A DNA stretch of 64,000 nucleotides from Histomonas meleagridis 2922-C6/04-290x (taxonomy: Eukaryota > Protista > Parabasalia), in the NCBI GenBank assembly GCA_020184695.1, contig JAANOX010000150.1, positions 62,001 to 126,000 on the forward strand, written 5' to 3'. Position 1 is the stretch's first letter; each line of letters starts with the position of its first letter. The notes below the pieces were generated by a model. It saw only the letters and a program-made list of their open reading frames with translations. It made no database searches and was not told where the DNA came from. Both the position numbers and the translations under genes were made by a program. Below are positions 1 to 10,380 of this stretch, one piece after another.

Positions 1-274
1 GCGTTACAGAAAATAATAAAAGCATTCACAGAACCATCGTAGTCTGCATGAATGAAATAAACTGTTATTTTGTTTGTTAAATTAGTGTTTTTATATTTTT
101 GATTTTTATTTGGAAGGTTCTTAAGCAATTGAATTTATTCTAAAGATTTCAAATAACTCAGTGAATATTTTCCAAAAAAATGCTATGAATATAAACTAAT
201 CAAAAAAATCATTGAAGTGCTAAATACATAATTGATCACAAATAAAGCACATCTTATTTTTTATTTGAGAATAG

Positions 275-802
275 CTACTGTGGAGAATTGACTTGGATAA
301 GGTCGATCGTTCCTTGATTTGACTTACAAATTAATCTGTGTATATTTCCTTCTTCTTCAGGCACTTGAATTGATAAATCTGATGGGCCTCTGAGTGCAAA
401 AATTGAAATATCGGAATTTCCCTTTAAGCACATTATATCTTTTTCAGATACCCATGCAAAAGACTGAAAATCTTGAGTTGAATCTAACTCTGCAAGAGAA
501 TCATCAACCATTTTTGTTAATCTTTCTAATTCAGACTCATGATGTAACAAGTCACGGTATGCTGCATTATCATCAACATTTACTTTATTTCCAACCCATC
601 TTACTTTTGATTTTCCTGTGCGTTCAATCACTCCAATTCCAGCTAGAACATTTGTAACATCATAGATTCTTCTTTTTGATGCATCAAGTGTTTTTTCAAC
701 TTGGCTTAAATCAAGTTCTTGTCCATTTGCTGCCATTAGAACACGCAAAAAATCCTGTGTTAAATTGACGAGTGTTTTTTTTGCTTTGTCTGTTTTCTCC
801 AT
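275..802 (-). CDS. E2F: Small E2F-family transcription factor (winged-helix DNA-binding domain)
   Basis: TLVNLTQDF...SKRRIYDVTNVLAGIGVIERTGKSKVRWVG matches the E2F/DP RRxYDxxNVL motif. Confidence 0.9.
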   Translation of the reverse strand: MEKTDKAKKTLVNLTQDFLRVLMAANGQELDLSQVEKTLDASKRRIYDVTNVLAGIGVIERTGKSKVRWVGNKVNVDDNAAYRDLLHHESELERLTKMVDDSLAELDSTQDFQSFAWVSEKDIMCLKGNSDISIFALRGPSDLSIQVPEEEGNIHRLICKSNQGTIDLIQVNSPQ

Positions 803-1076
803 AAAAAATTAGGAAACGTTTATCAATTAAATTGAATGCTTTACAAAGCTGTGGGGCCACCCCAAACCGTTTAATAATTGTGAATTCACTTTATTTCTTT
901 TGTTTTCCTTAGCGAATTTTATTATAAATCAACGAACAAACAAATGTCATTACACTACTCAGAAGTTCACATGAATTATTAATCAAAAAAATCGAAATTT
1001 TAATAGTTGGGTTTATTTATGACAAGTTCTTAGTTTCGATCTTGTTTGCGGCCACTTGTCACCATTCGTTGCTTTC

Positions 1077-2269
1077 TTATTTCTTTTGTTGAGAAAGAGA
1101 CAAAAGTATTCCCATTGCGTCGTCCCAAGAAGACTTCATAAATGTTGCGTCAAACAAAACAAAAAAACTCTAAAAATCAAAATGAAATCCAAAATCATAT
1201 CAGCAAACATTAAAACAATCGAAAGAACATCATCACTTGCATCAATTCCTTCTTTTTGTGCAAGTAATTTAACAATATCTATGCGACCAGTAATAGATGC
1301 GTAAACGAGTGCTGATTTAATAGAACAAAATAAATTCCAAAAGATTAAGCAAAACATTAAAACTCTTAAATAGACATTAAATAAAAGAAAAAAATATCTT
1401 TCGCATTAACATCAATTTCACTTTTTGTAAGAAGTAATTGAACAATTTCACTATAACCGTAGCATGTAGCCAAAATTAAGGCGGTTTTAAATAATTCATT
1501 GAAATTCCATGTAAAGCATTGAAATGTCGAATGATTCGAAAAAACTATAAATTATATAAAAAATCATCTTGCGCATTAACATTAATTCCTTCTTTTTCAA
1601 GTAACAAGCGAACAATTTCAGTGTGGCCCTTCCATGATGCGCGAATAAGAGCTGTCATTCCAAATTTGAATAAGGAACACCAATAAATTGAATGAAACTT
1701 TAAATAAAACAATAAAATGTCTTGGACATTGACATCGATTCCGTCTTTTGCGAGTAATAATTTGACAATTTCAGTATGGCCATTAAATGATGCCCACATA
1801 AGTGCTGTTAAAAATATTGTGATTAAATTCCAAATATGTTTTTAAAACATAAAATGATTTAAATAAACGCCATGTAATACAAATTAATAGATTGTGCATT
1901 GATATCAATTCCTTCTTTTCCTAAAAGCATTTGAACAATTTTTGTATGGCCATTTGCAGATGCGTACATAAGTAATGACATAAAAATTCTTTTTAAACTC
2001 CATGTATTATTTTAAAATATCAAATATGTAAAAAAAACATATGGTGCATTAAGATCAATTCCTTGGAAAAGAAATTCAATAATATCATCATTGCCATATT
2101 CAGCTGCATAAATGATTGCTAAATTAAATAATATTGATAAACTCTAGAAAAAAAATTGAAACATTAAATCATTTAAATATATATATTTAGCATTAACATC
2201 AATTTTTTTTTCGTTGTGAAGCCATTGAACAAAATCGTTGAAATCGTGGTGGAGCTTCGTTTCTCCCAT
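1077..2269 (-). other. Spacer-interrupted ankyrin-repeat array (short leader, 6 full ankyrin units, degenerate cap)
   Basis: Manual translation gives stop-free units such as TALMWASFNGHTEIVKLLLAKDGIDVNVQD and TALIRASWKGHTEIVRLLLEKEGINVNAQD. They are separated by T-rich spacers at 2123-2182, 1979-2038, 1809-1888, 1656-1718, 1486-1565, 1316-1395 and 1149-1228. ATG at 2269 (in-frame alternative at 2302); TAA ends at 1077. Confidence 0.85.
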
Positions 2270-3078
2270 CGTTAAGGTGGTTCGACTTTTTCCGATCACC
2301 ATATACACAATTTTTTGCTTTTTTCAATTCGGATTCTCAAAAAGTCTGAATTTCAATATTTTGGTGTTTATTATGATCGGCGTGCGGGCGATTTTTTGTG
2401 TAGGTTATTTAACCGTTTAAACGTCTTGTCCTCGGCCTTCATCTAAAAGCAATCGTGCCTTCCTAAATTTGGCTATCGCGCATAGACTCCTTATATAATT
2501 CGGTTGTTCAAAGGATGGTTCTTAGTTCATATGGGCAATGATTTGATTTTTTAATAAAAATCACATTTTTAAAATCATTGCTCAAGATTCAAAATCATGA
2601 TTTGATGAAAATCCCAAACATCTTTAATATATTAATTCATGAAAGTATTTAAAATAATATAAATTTATAATTGTTTTACATAATAAATATATAAACCGTT
2701 TCTATATGGAAGAAAAAATTGAACACGTCACACCAACGCCACCCATTCATAAATGTCATTCAAAACATCTTCTGAAATTTTCAAATTTTAATTTGAAATC
2801 TACATATATTAAAATATGCATGTTTTGTTTATTTAGTACAATTTTAATTTCTTTAGAGAATTGTGGGGTGATGAAAATTTCTTTCGTTTATATATGCTGC
2901 AACACAATATTTTCTTGTTTGAGATCATATTTATATATATGTAAAGTGAAATAGATTTTCCACCATCTTCATTCTCCTAGCAACTTGCAAGTTTGATGTC
3001 ATTCATTATAACTTTACATAAAGCCCAAGAATTTTTATTCTTTATCCCAAAACAGGGATTCCAAAAACCTGTTGTATT

Positions 3079-3128
3079 ACAATCAAAAAGATGCCTCCTG
3101 TTCCAATTGAAGTTACTAAGTTTGGTAT
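3079..3128 (-). pseudogene. Possible BspA-type leucine-rich repeat relic
   Basis: IPNLVTSIGTGG followed by a frame-shifted FDC resembles the BspA consensus IPxSVTSIGxxAFxxC; single short fragment. Confidence 0.3.
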
Positions 3129-3939
3129 TCCAAACTTCATGATGTTTTTCAATAAAGTACAGCAAGAAAATGAACAATCACCAATAAGTGAATTTTGGAG
3201 ATAAAATATTTTTTCAAGGGTTGGTCATTGATACCCATCAAGATTCTACATGATTTTTGTTTCCTGCTAATTTACATTTTCTATTTAACCTTTCCAAAAT
3301 GAAAATACTTTATGGACTTGCTAGAGATTCTTAGCAAGTCAAAGCCAAAAAGTCGTTTGTAACTTCGAAGATGTAACTTGTTAAATTATTATTAAATATG
3401 GAAGAAATACTTTAAGAACAATTGTAGATATTAAAATCAATGAAATCAAAGAGTTTATTATCAAAAATCCAGCATGATCTTTGTCATGTTGTTTTCAGCA
3501 ATTTTTGGAAGTTTTTCATTATAATATTGTTGTATTTATGTATTTACATTTTGCTTTGTGAATCTATTTGGTAATAGGTAAAATGTATAATGTATGTTGT
3601 TATTTTGATGATTTTCATATGTTTGTATGTTTATATCAATTTTTGTTTTTTGCGAATATTTGATCTTCGAGTTGATTTTGATTATTTGCACTATTTGCTT
3701 CATTTCTTATATATAATTTTTAAGAGAATAAAAAAGTGAGTTTCGAGAGTATTTATTCAAGGGGAAACAAACAAATGTAATTGAAAAGAAGAGGAATCGA
3801 TGTTCCTCTCGAACATACATTAATGGAATACAAATAGAAATTTTCCATCTTTTATTGATATCAACTATTTTGATACAACGCTTCAACTTTTGCATCCAAA
3901 AAAATGTCTTCAATAATCAAAATATTTTTAAGTGCTGAT

Positions 3940-4187
3940 TCTTATAAAATCATTTGAAGAAGATCATACAGAAATCGTTCAATCACTTCTTAAATATTTT
4001 GTAATTAATTTTCAATGTTAAAGATTTTTATTTGTTTTATTTAAAATTATTTATAATTTTATGTTTCAAAAATAATATTTGAAAATTATTTAAATTATTT
4101 GAAATAGCACTTATGGAAGCATCTAAAGAAGGTAATTCGGAAATAATCAGATATGAGGTTACAATGGAATCGTTAAATTATATATAG
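3940..4187 (+). pseudogene. Decayed ankyrin cassettes with a 78-nt spacer of the same family
   Basis: LIKSFEEDHTEIVQSLL.../NVKD, then spacer 4026-4103 with TGAAAATT ending 16 nt before IALMEASKEGNSEIIRY. Confidence 0.65.
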
Positions 4188-4481
4188 AAAAGGGGAAAAT
4201 AAATAAATAAATCCATTCTGAGATGCATAGTGTATTGTCACTATCCACAACCTTAAATATCAAATATTGTATTGTGTAAATACTAAGTTCAAACTTGATA
4301 ATGTTATATCAATTTATTTCTAATTTTTTAGCTTTTCTCAAAGGAAAAAATTGATAGTCCGTCATTTTGTAACTTTTGCAGTAAATTTATTAGACAGATC
4401 TTCCACTGATAATTGTTTGAATCTTTCATAAAACCGACATATTTTTCAACTCACATTTCCAATTCTGGTTGGTAACTAAAA

Positions 4482-5687
4482 ATGAACCTAACAATTTTAC
4501 ATTTAGTTATGCTAAACAACTACCAGCCAAAATCAGCCGTATTTTCAACATCCTCGAAAATTAATTCATTAACTTTGGAAAAATCACTTTTTTCTAAATC
4601 GCTCGGATCAGTAATTTTTTCAAATAATGTAAGGCTTAATGTCCATGAAAGCACATTTCAAAAATTTTCTTCATCTCCAATTATTTTAGCAGGAACCAAT
4701 TTTTTTAATGAGACGATTGAAACACGTTCCAGTAACATTTATGTTGGACCTGCCAATATTACAGATTGTATCTTCAAGATGTGTTTTGGGTATGATCTCA
4801 ATGGGGGTGCAATTTATTCCATCACTTCGCTCAATATTCATCATTGTGTATTTTTCCACAACTCAGCAAAAAAAGGTGGTTCGATATATTGCAAAGGTAA
4901 TTTTACTGTTAGCTATTCATCATTTCTTGAAGGATTTTCAATAGTTCAAGGTGGAGCCATTTACAACGAAGGCTCTTCTGTCTTCAATGTTTCCTTTACA
5001 GAATTTGCTAATCTAAATTCAAAAGAATACGGGTGTTTCGTCAAGAAGTCAAGTTGTGACTCATTTATTGAATTCCTCAACATTACAATGGTTTACGCCC
5101 AACAGAAAAATGGCGGTTTCTGTATCGTCGGCGGTTCTTCCACCATCCATCGTTGTGACATTCAAAAGAGTTATGCGTTTTCAAGTTCCAGTATATTACT
5201 TAAAAGCTCAAGCGATTCGAAGATTGAACGGTGCTCATTTTTTGTTACGGGGGCAGAAACGTATGGTTCAGTTTTTGCAATTGAAGAAAGTAAATGTACA
5301 ATTCAATTTGATCATTGTACAATAACAGCATGTAAAATAGGCACCAAATACATAAACGCGGAAGATGACTCAAAAATTATCATTAGTAACTTATGTACAA
5401 CTGATGACCCAAAAGATGTCGTCGGAAATGGCGCTGTGTTTAGTACAAAACCAACGGTACAGACGCAATGTAACATTTGGGAAATCGAAAAACAAATCGG
5501 ATACTTCACACAAAACTATCGGGCAAAAAATACTGCGCTTAAAAGAGATTTGAAAATGGGAGTCGCAATTGGTGTGATGTGCGTTATACCAATGGTTTGT
5601 GGCATCCTTGTGGCAATGTTTGTATTGTCGCAATTGGTTTTGCTGTATCAAAAAATTCAGGACTTAATCGCGAAACATCGTCAATAA
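4482..5687 (+). CDS. Pmp-like (polymorphic membrane protein / beta-helix) type I surface protein
   Basis: GGAIY, GGSIY and GGAIYN repeats with FxxN motifs; C-terminal hydrophobic segment (MGVAIGVMCVIPMVCGILVAMFVL) and short tail. Confidence 0.7.
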   Translation: MNLTILHLVMLNNYQPKSAVFSTSSKINSLTLEKSLFSKSLGSVIFSNNVRLNVHESTFQKFSSSPIILAGTNFFNETIETRSSNIYVGPANITDCIFKMCFGYDLNGGAIYSITSLNIHHCVFFHNSAKKGGSIYCKGNFTVSYSSFLEGFSIVQGGAIYNEGSSVFNVSFTEFANLNSKEYGCFVKKSSCDSFIEFLNITMVYAQQKNGGFCIVGGSSTIHRCDIQKSYAFSSSSILLKSSSDSKIERCSFFVTGAETYGSVFAIEESKCTIQFDHCTITACKIGTKYINAEDDSKIIISNLCTTDDPKDVVGNGAVFSTKPTVQTQCNIWEIEKQIGYFTQNYRAKNTALKRDLKMGVAIGVMCVIPMVCGILVAMFVLSQLVLLYQKIQDLIAKHRQ

Positions 5688-5928
5688 ATGTGTTTAATAT
5701 TTGAATGCTTTTACGTATAAAGATCCAACTTAATGAGCAAGTGAATAGTTCGTCATTTGTTCGCTGTTTTAATGCTTTTTTAAAATACCATACCTGGTAA
5801 TTAGAATCAAAATTGTTTTTTGTTGACAAAAAATAAATTCCACTACCGAAGAGTTAACAATATGCTTACACTAAATATTAATATGAATTTTGCAAAACAA
5901 CAATTTGGGGTGCCTCAAAAAACAACAA

Positions 5929-7158
5929 ATGAAACGATCGAATCATCCACCAAATCCGGAAAATAAAGATGGCATCAAAGGCCTTCAAAAGATGCAATCT
6001 CTCTATAAAATCATTTTTAGCATAAGCCAAAAGCCTACCGAAACATCTATTCAAGATACAATCGATTTATTTGATAAATCAAATCCATACTCATTTAACT
6101 ATGCAATCTGTCAATTATTATATTCCTCATTTGTTTCTCGTGTAAATGGCGCTGTTACATGTCTTTTATATTTGAAAGAACTTGAATCAAGTGAAAGAAC
6201 CATTTTAAAGACTTCACAAAAAATCTTCAAAATGTTTTATCAATATCTTATCGACATTGATTCACAAGAATCGTTATTCTTACTTGAACGAATGATTGAG
6301 CAAACCCTAATTAAGCCCAAATCAGTTCGTGTTAAGCGTTCATTATTTTTTTCACATTATTTAAAGCCATATGAATTTTCCATATTAAAACATTCACAGT
6401 TTAGTGAAGAATTCTTCTCAAACATTGATAAACTAAAGAATAATGGATGGGAGCTTCAAAAGAAATATGTTTCCGAAGGATCAAATCCATTAAATTTAGC
6501 ACGCGCCATCCGTAATGACGATGAAGAACAACTTCGACTAATATCATCACAATCTAATTTCGACATTAACTTGAAAATTAAACCATCTCTTTATGAACGA
6601 TGTTCATTTATTAACCAAACAAATGTACCACTTATTGAATATGCTGCATTTTTCGGTGCGATTAAATGTTTCCGATTTTTAATGATTAATGGAGCTGACT
6701 TAAAGAATACTGGAACTTATGCAATTGCTGGTGGAAATGATGAGATAATTCATTTATGTGAACAAAACCATTCGACTTTTATTGGTTCGTATGAAACTGC
6801 TATTGAATTTCATCGAAATGATATTTTTCATTATATTTATGATAATAATTTTGCCGGAAAAGATGATTTAACTACATTAGGGAAAAAATGTATTATACAT
6901 AATAACTATGAAATTTTTTCTTTTTTAATTGAGCATGGATTAAAAGTGAATGAGAATTTTTTGAATGAATCTTTGAAACTCGGTAATATGTATTATTGTA
7001 AATACTTAGTCGAAAGAACTAAAGTTCCAAATGATATATTATTAAAATCTGTGGTTTCAATGAATACTGAAATTGTGAAATATATTGTGCAAAATGGCGC
7101 CGATGTTAATATGAAAGATTCACATTTAGTTTTTTTGTCTTATTTTGTACGCCTTTAA
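5929..7158 (+). CDS. DUF3447-type / ankyrin-repeat protein, N-terminal part; the ORF stops just after the first spacer of the downstream array
   Basis: LIEYAAFFGAIKCFRFL...YAIAGGNDEIIHLCEQ...AIEFHRNDIFHY is typical of trichomonad DUF3447 proteins; ends GADVNMKD. The ORF track starts at a TTG at 5890; the first in-frame ATG is 5929. Confidence 0.85.
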   Translation: MKRSNHPPNPENKDGIKGLQKMQSLYKIIFSISQKPTETSIQDTIDLFDKSNPYSFNYAICQLLYSSFVSRVNGAVTCLLYLKELESSERTILKTSQKIFKMFYQYLIDIDSQESLFLLERMIEQTLIKPKSVRVKRSLFFSHYLKPYEFSILKHSQFSEEFFSNIDKLKNNGWELQKKYVSEGSNPLNLARAIRNDDEEQLRLISSQSNFDINLKIKPSLYERCSFINQTNVPLIEYAAFFGAIKCFRFLMINGADLKNTGTYAIAGGNDEIIHLCEQNHSTFIGSYETAIEFHRNDIFHYIYDNNFAGKDDLTTLGKKCIIHNNYEIFSFLIEHGLKVNENFLNESLKLGNMYYCKYLVERTKVPNDILLKSVVSMNTEIVKYIVQNGADVNMKDSHLVFLSYFVRL

Positions 7159-7959
7159 TGATTGCTTGTTGTTGGGGACGATCTGAAACTGTTCGGTATC
7201 TTTTAGAACAAAAAGGTATTGATGTTAATGCTAAAGAAATCTTTTTGATTGTTTTAGTGTTTATTTTAATCATTTTTTGGTATTTATATGTTATGTATTG
7301 GACTGCTTTTACATATGCTTGCGATAAAGGCTCAACATCATCTGTTAAATCACTTTTGAAACAAAACACAATTAATTCAAATGAAAAAGATGTTTATTTA
7401 TGAGATGTGAAATTTATTTTATTTGATTTCTTGTTTATTGTTTTGATTTGGTATTTGTTTTAATGTTATTGGACACCTTTAATGCATGCTTGTAATAATG
7501 GACATTTGAGAGTTGCTAAAATACTTTTAAGCATTCAAGAAATTGATTATAATGAAAAAGATATATTTTTATTTTATTTAAAGTTTGTTTGATGGATTTA
7601 TGGTTTGAATATAAAATCTGGAATTAATATAAATGATTTTGGACTGCTTTAATGCGTGCTTGTAATAATGGCCATGTGGGAATTGTTAAAATGCTTCTGA
7701 AAAAAGATGGAATTGATTTTAATGGAACATCAATTTATATAAATATTTTGAGGTTTATTTGATGACCTTAATGTTTAAGGTTGAAATTTGGCGTTTGTTG
7801 TTTAGTTTTAGGTCTTCATTGATGCGTGCTTGTGGAAATGGTCATGTCGAAGTGGTTAAATTACTTCTTGACCAAGAAGGAATTATAGTCGACAGCCGCT
7901 CAAAATCAACTAAAAATCCTGAAATAAGAGAACTATTACAGTCAAAGGGTTACATATAA
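7120..7959 (+). other. Spacer-interrupted ankyrin-repeat array continuing the DUF3447 gene (5 units)
   Basis: Four 90-nt stop-free units (7149-7238, 7302-7391, 7473-7562, 7643-7732) plus terminal unit 7813-7959; spacers of 29, 63, 81, 80 and 80 nt. Confidence 0.85.
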
Positions 7960-8097
7960 TCCCGTTAACCGAATAGTAAAACCTTATCATTTTATGGCAC
8001 GATAGATTTTTTTTGAAAACATTTGAGTCTTTTACATTTTACAACGTTCATTTAAATTAACCGTTTTATGAAAGGAGACCGTTAGATAATAACTCAG

Positions 8098-9377
8098 ATG
8101 AATTCGGGAAAAGCTGAAACTCTCATAAAAGTTATCAATAATCCCGATTCATCTGTTTTTGATCTCCTTGATTCAGGAGGGAACTTCGTTTATTTGAATA
8201 ATGATAAAATAAAATCTGCAACATTGTATTTTTAGTTTATAAATCCAGTTTACAAAAAAATGCTGAAAAAATATTAAGACTATGTTTTTCAGATGATGAA
8301 GAGTATGGTCCTCGTTCATTTTTATTGTTCACAAAAAAAAATTCTGATTTTCTCGAAGTATTTCTCACAGAAGATTTATTTTATTCGGCTGTTACATCTC
8401 TTTTCACTACTTCCCCAAACATTATTCTTATCAGTCGTGCTGCTTCAATAATGAAATTAATGGTTACAGAATTTCCAAATCGAAGTAATGAGTTCTGTGG
8501 ACTTTTATTTCAATTTCTTCCATATTGTTATGAATCAGGGGTAATTGATTTATTTGAAAGTATTTGTAGCTTCACCTCAGAACTCGAAGAAACACAACAT
8601 TCATTTATTGAATCTCATTTTCCTGATTATATCATGAACGAAATCAAAGATACCAAGGACAACGATCTTATTTTTGGTCTCCTTCGTATTGTTCGACATG
8701 CAGCCGAGAATAAAGTCCTAAAGGACTCATTCCACAAACCGGAGTACGTTAATATAATTTATCCGTTAATTGAACACAATTCAATTACAGTTTTGAATGA
8801 ACTTTGGCGGTTAATTTACACGTTAACGTCCCCCTCCACGTTATCAGAGCTCAATAAATTTGTCAAAAAATCAATTTATAATATCACAGAACCATATGAT
8901 ACAGTTGACTCTTACCGTGTTTTTTGTATTGATTTCTTGGCGCAAATGCTTTATTATCAAAATGAGTATATGAAATGCCTAGATAACTTTCAAGTTCAAC
9001 AAGTCGTCCTTCGGTTGATTGTACAATTTCCAGAGTCCACTAATTTAATGGGTGCTGTGTTTCGATTCATTGAAAATAGTATCATGTTTCCTTATCTTTC
9101 GTCCGAAATGATCATTAACTTCGTACCACTCATGGTGATTGAAGCAACAAATAAAACAAGAACAGCGACTGCTGCAAATTGTTATTTGGTCCTGGAGAAA
9201 ATAGATACGTATCGAAAAACTAACAAAAAATTAAATGAACTTCTTACGAAGGTCGACTTGTTTGAGGACTTCGCGAACAGGAAGTTGAAAATTTACAGAA
9301 AACTTGTCAATAACCCTTATGGAGGAGAAATCATAAACTCAATCAAAAGGCTACCTTCATCATTCCTTTTGGGATGA
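8098..9377 (+). CDS. Helical-repeat protein, possibly SAPS/PP6 regulatory-subunit-like; two exons (8098-8225, 8249-9377)
   Basis: Removing a 23-nt GT-AG intron joins MNSGKAETLIKV...KSATF in frame to LQKNAEKIL... and the 350-aa ORF; family call is tentative. Confidence 0.65.
8226..8248 (+). other. Putative 23-nt spliceosomal intron (GTATTTTTAGTTTATAAATCCAG)
   Basis: GT...CAG ends; contains the in-frame TAG; removal restores a continuous ORF from ATG 8098. Confidence 0.7.
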
Positions 9378-9889
9378 ATAGGCATGTGGATATAGTTCTC
9401 ATAGAAAAGAAGAACTTCTTGTTTTTTCTTGGATTCATTGTTAAATAAAAATAAATCTTTCTTTAAATGTCACTTTTAAGACGATAGTAACTACCGACCG
9501 TTTAATTAAAAACAAATCACAATAACTTTTCCCCTGTCCGTCATGTTGGATATCCCAATACAATAAATATTTTGTTAACAAAGCTGCATAATTTCTGCGT
9601 TTCCCTTATTTCATCTTTAATTTTTCCAGTAAATTATAATAGAGTTGTAAACGATTGCCTCGTTCTGGGCATCTCAGTGATGTTGCTGAAAAGGTATCTA
9701 ATTTCTCTTAATATAGAATCTTTTTTTTTTTTTTTTTGAAGAAGGTGTTAATTAAAATATACACATTCCAATTTTTGCTGTTTCATAAATTAGAGATTCA
9801 TAAATATTCCATTTTGTTCCAAAAATGAAAATAATTTTATAATTCCCACTTTGATTACATAAACAATCCAATTTTTTAATGTTGTGTTT

Positions 9890-10380
9890 TCATTTAATAA
9901 ATGGATAACAAAATGGTAAATTTATATATATAATAACTTGTTTCTGAGATATTGATTGATTTCTTAAAGAAACCAAATTATTTTCTCCTAATTTTTCTAA
10001 TTTATTATCATAAAAATATTTAAAGATATCATTTTTATGAAACTTAATTTCTACTTCATATGCACCTTCAAATGATGAATGATTTTGTTCACAGAAATGA
10101 ATAATTTCTTCACTTCCACCTGCAACTGGATTATGTTTTTGAGAATCATTCATAAGTGAATATTTAAAATATTTAACTGATCCAAAAAATTCAGCACAAT
10201 CAATTAATGCATAACAAGCAAAAATTAAATGAATATGGGAAATTTAATTCATATAATTTTATTACTTGTTCGACTGTTGATTGAAGATTATCTTGTGTTA
10301 AGTTAAAAACAAATCTTTCAAGTTTGCACAAGAACTCCATCAAAGAGCATTTGTTCAAACAAAGATTCACAATTTCATTC
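9890..10380 (-). pseudogene. Decayed, internally deleted DUF3447-family paralogue
   Basis: ALIDCAEFFGSVKYFKY...VAGGSEEIIHFCEQNHSSFEGAYEVEIKFHKNDIF aligns by eye with the 5929-7158 protein; the upstream piece (VIKLYELNFPYSFNF) matches its N-terminus in another frame. Confidence 0.75.

Noticed and set aside
1979-2182. Stop-codon reassignment explaining in-frame stops in the 60- and 81-nt spacers
   Set aside because: TAA, TAG and TGA all terminate normal genes in this window, and most spacers are frameshifting anyway
1149-7812. CRISPR-like interpretation of the repeat/spacer arrays
   Set aside because: The repeats are divergent protein-coding ankyrin units, the context is eukaryotic and no cas genes are present
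1149-7812. Spacers as ordinary spliceosomal introns
   Set aside because: Only 3 of 12 start with GT, only one has an AG at its 3' end, and there is no ACTAAC-type branch motif at a fixed position
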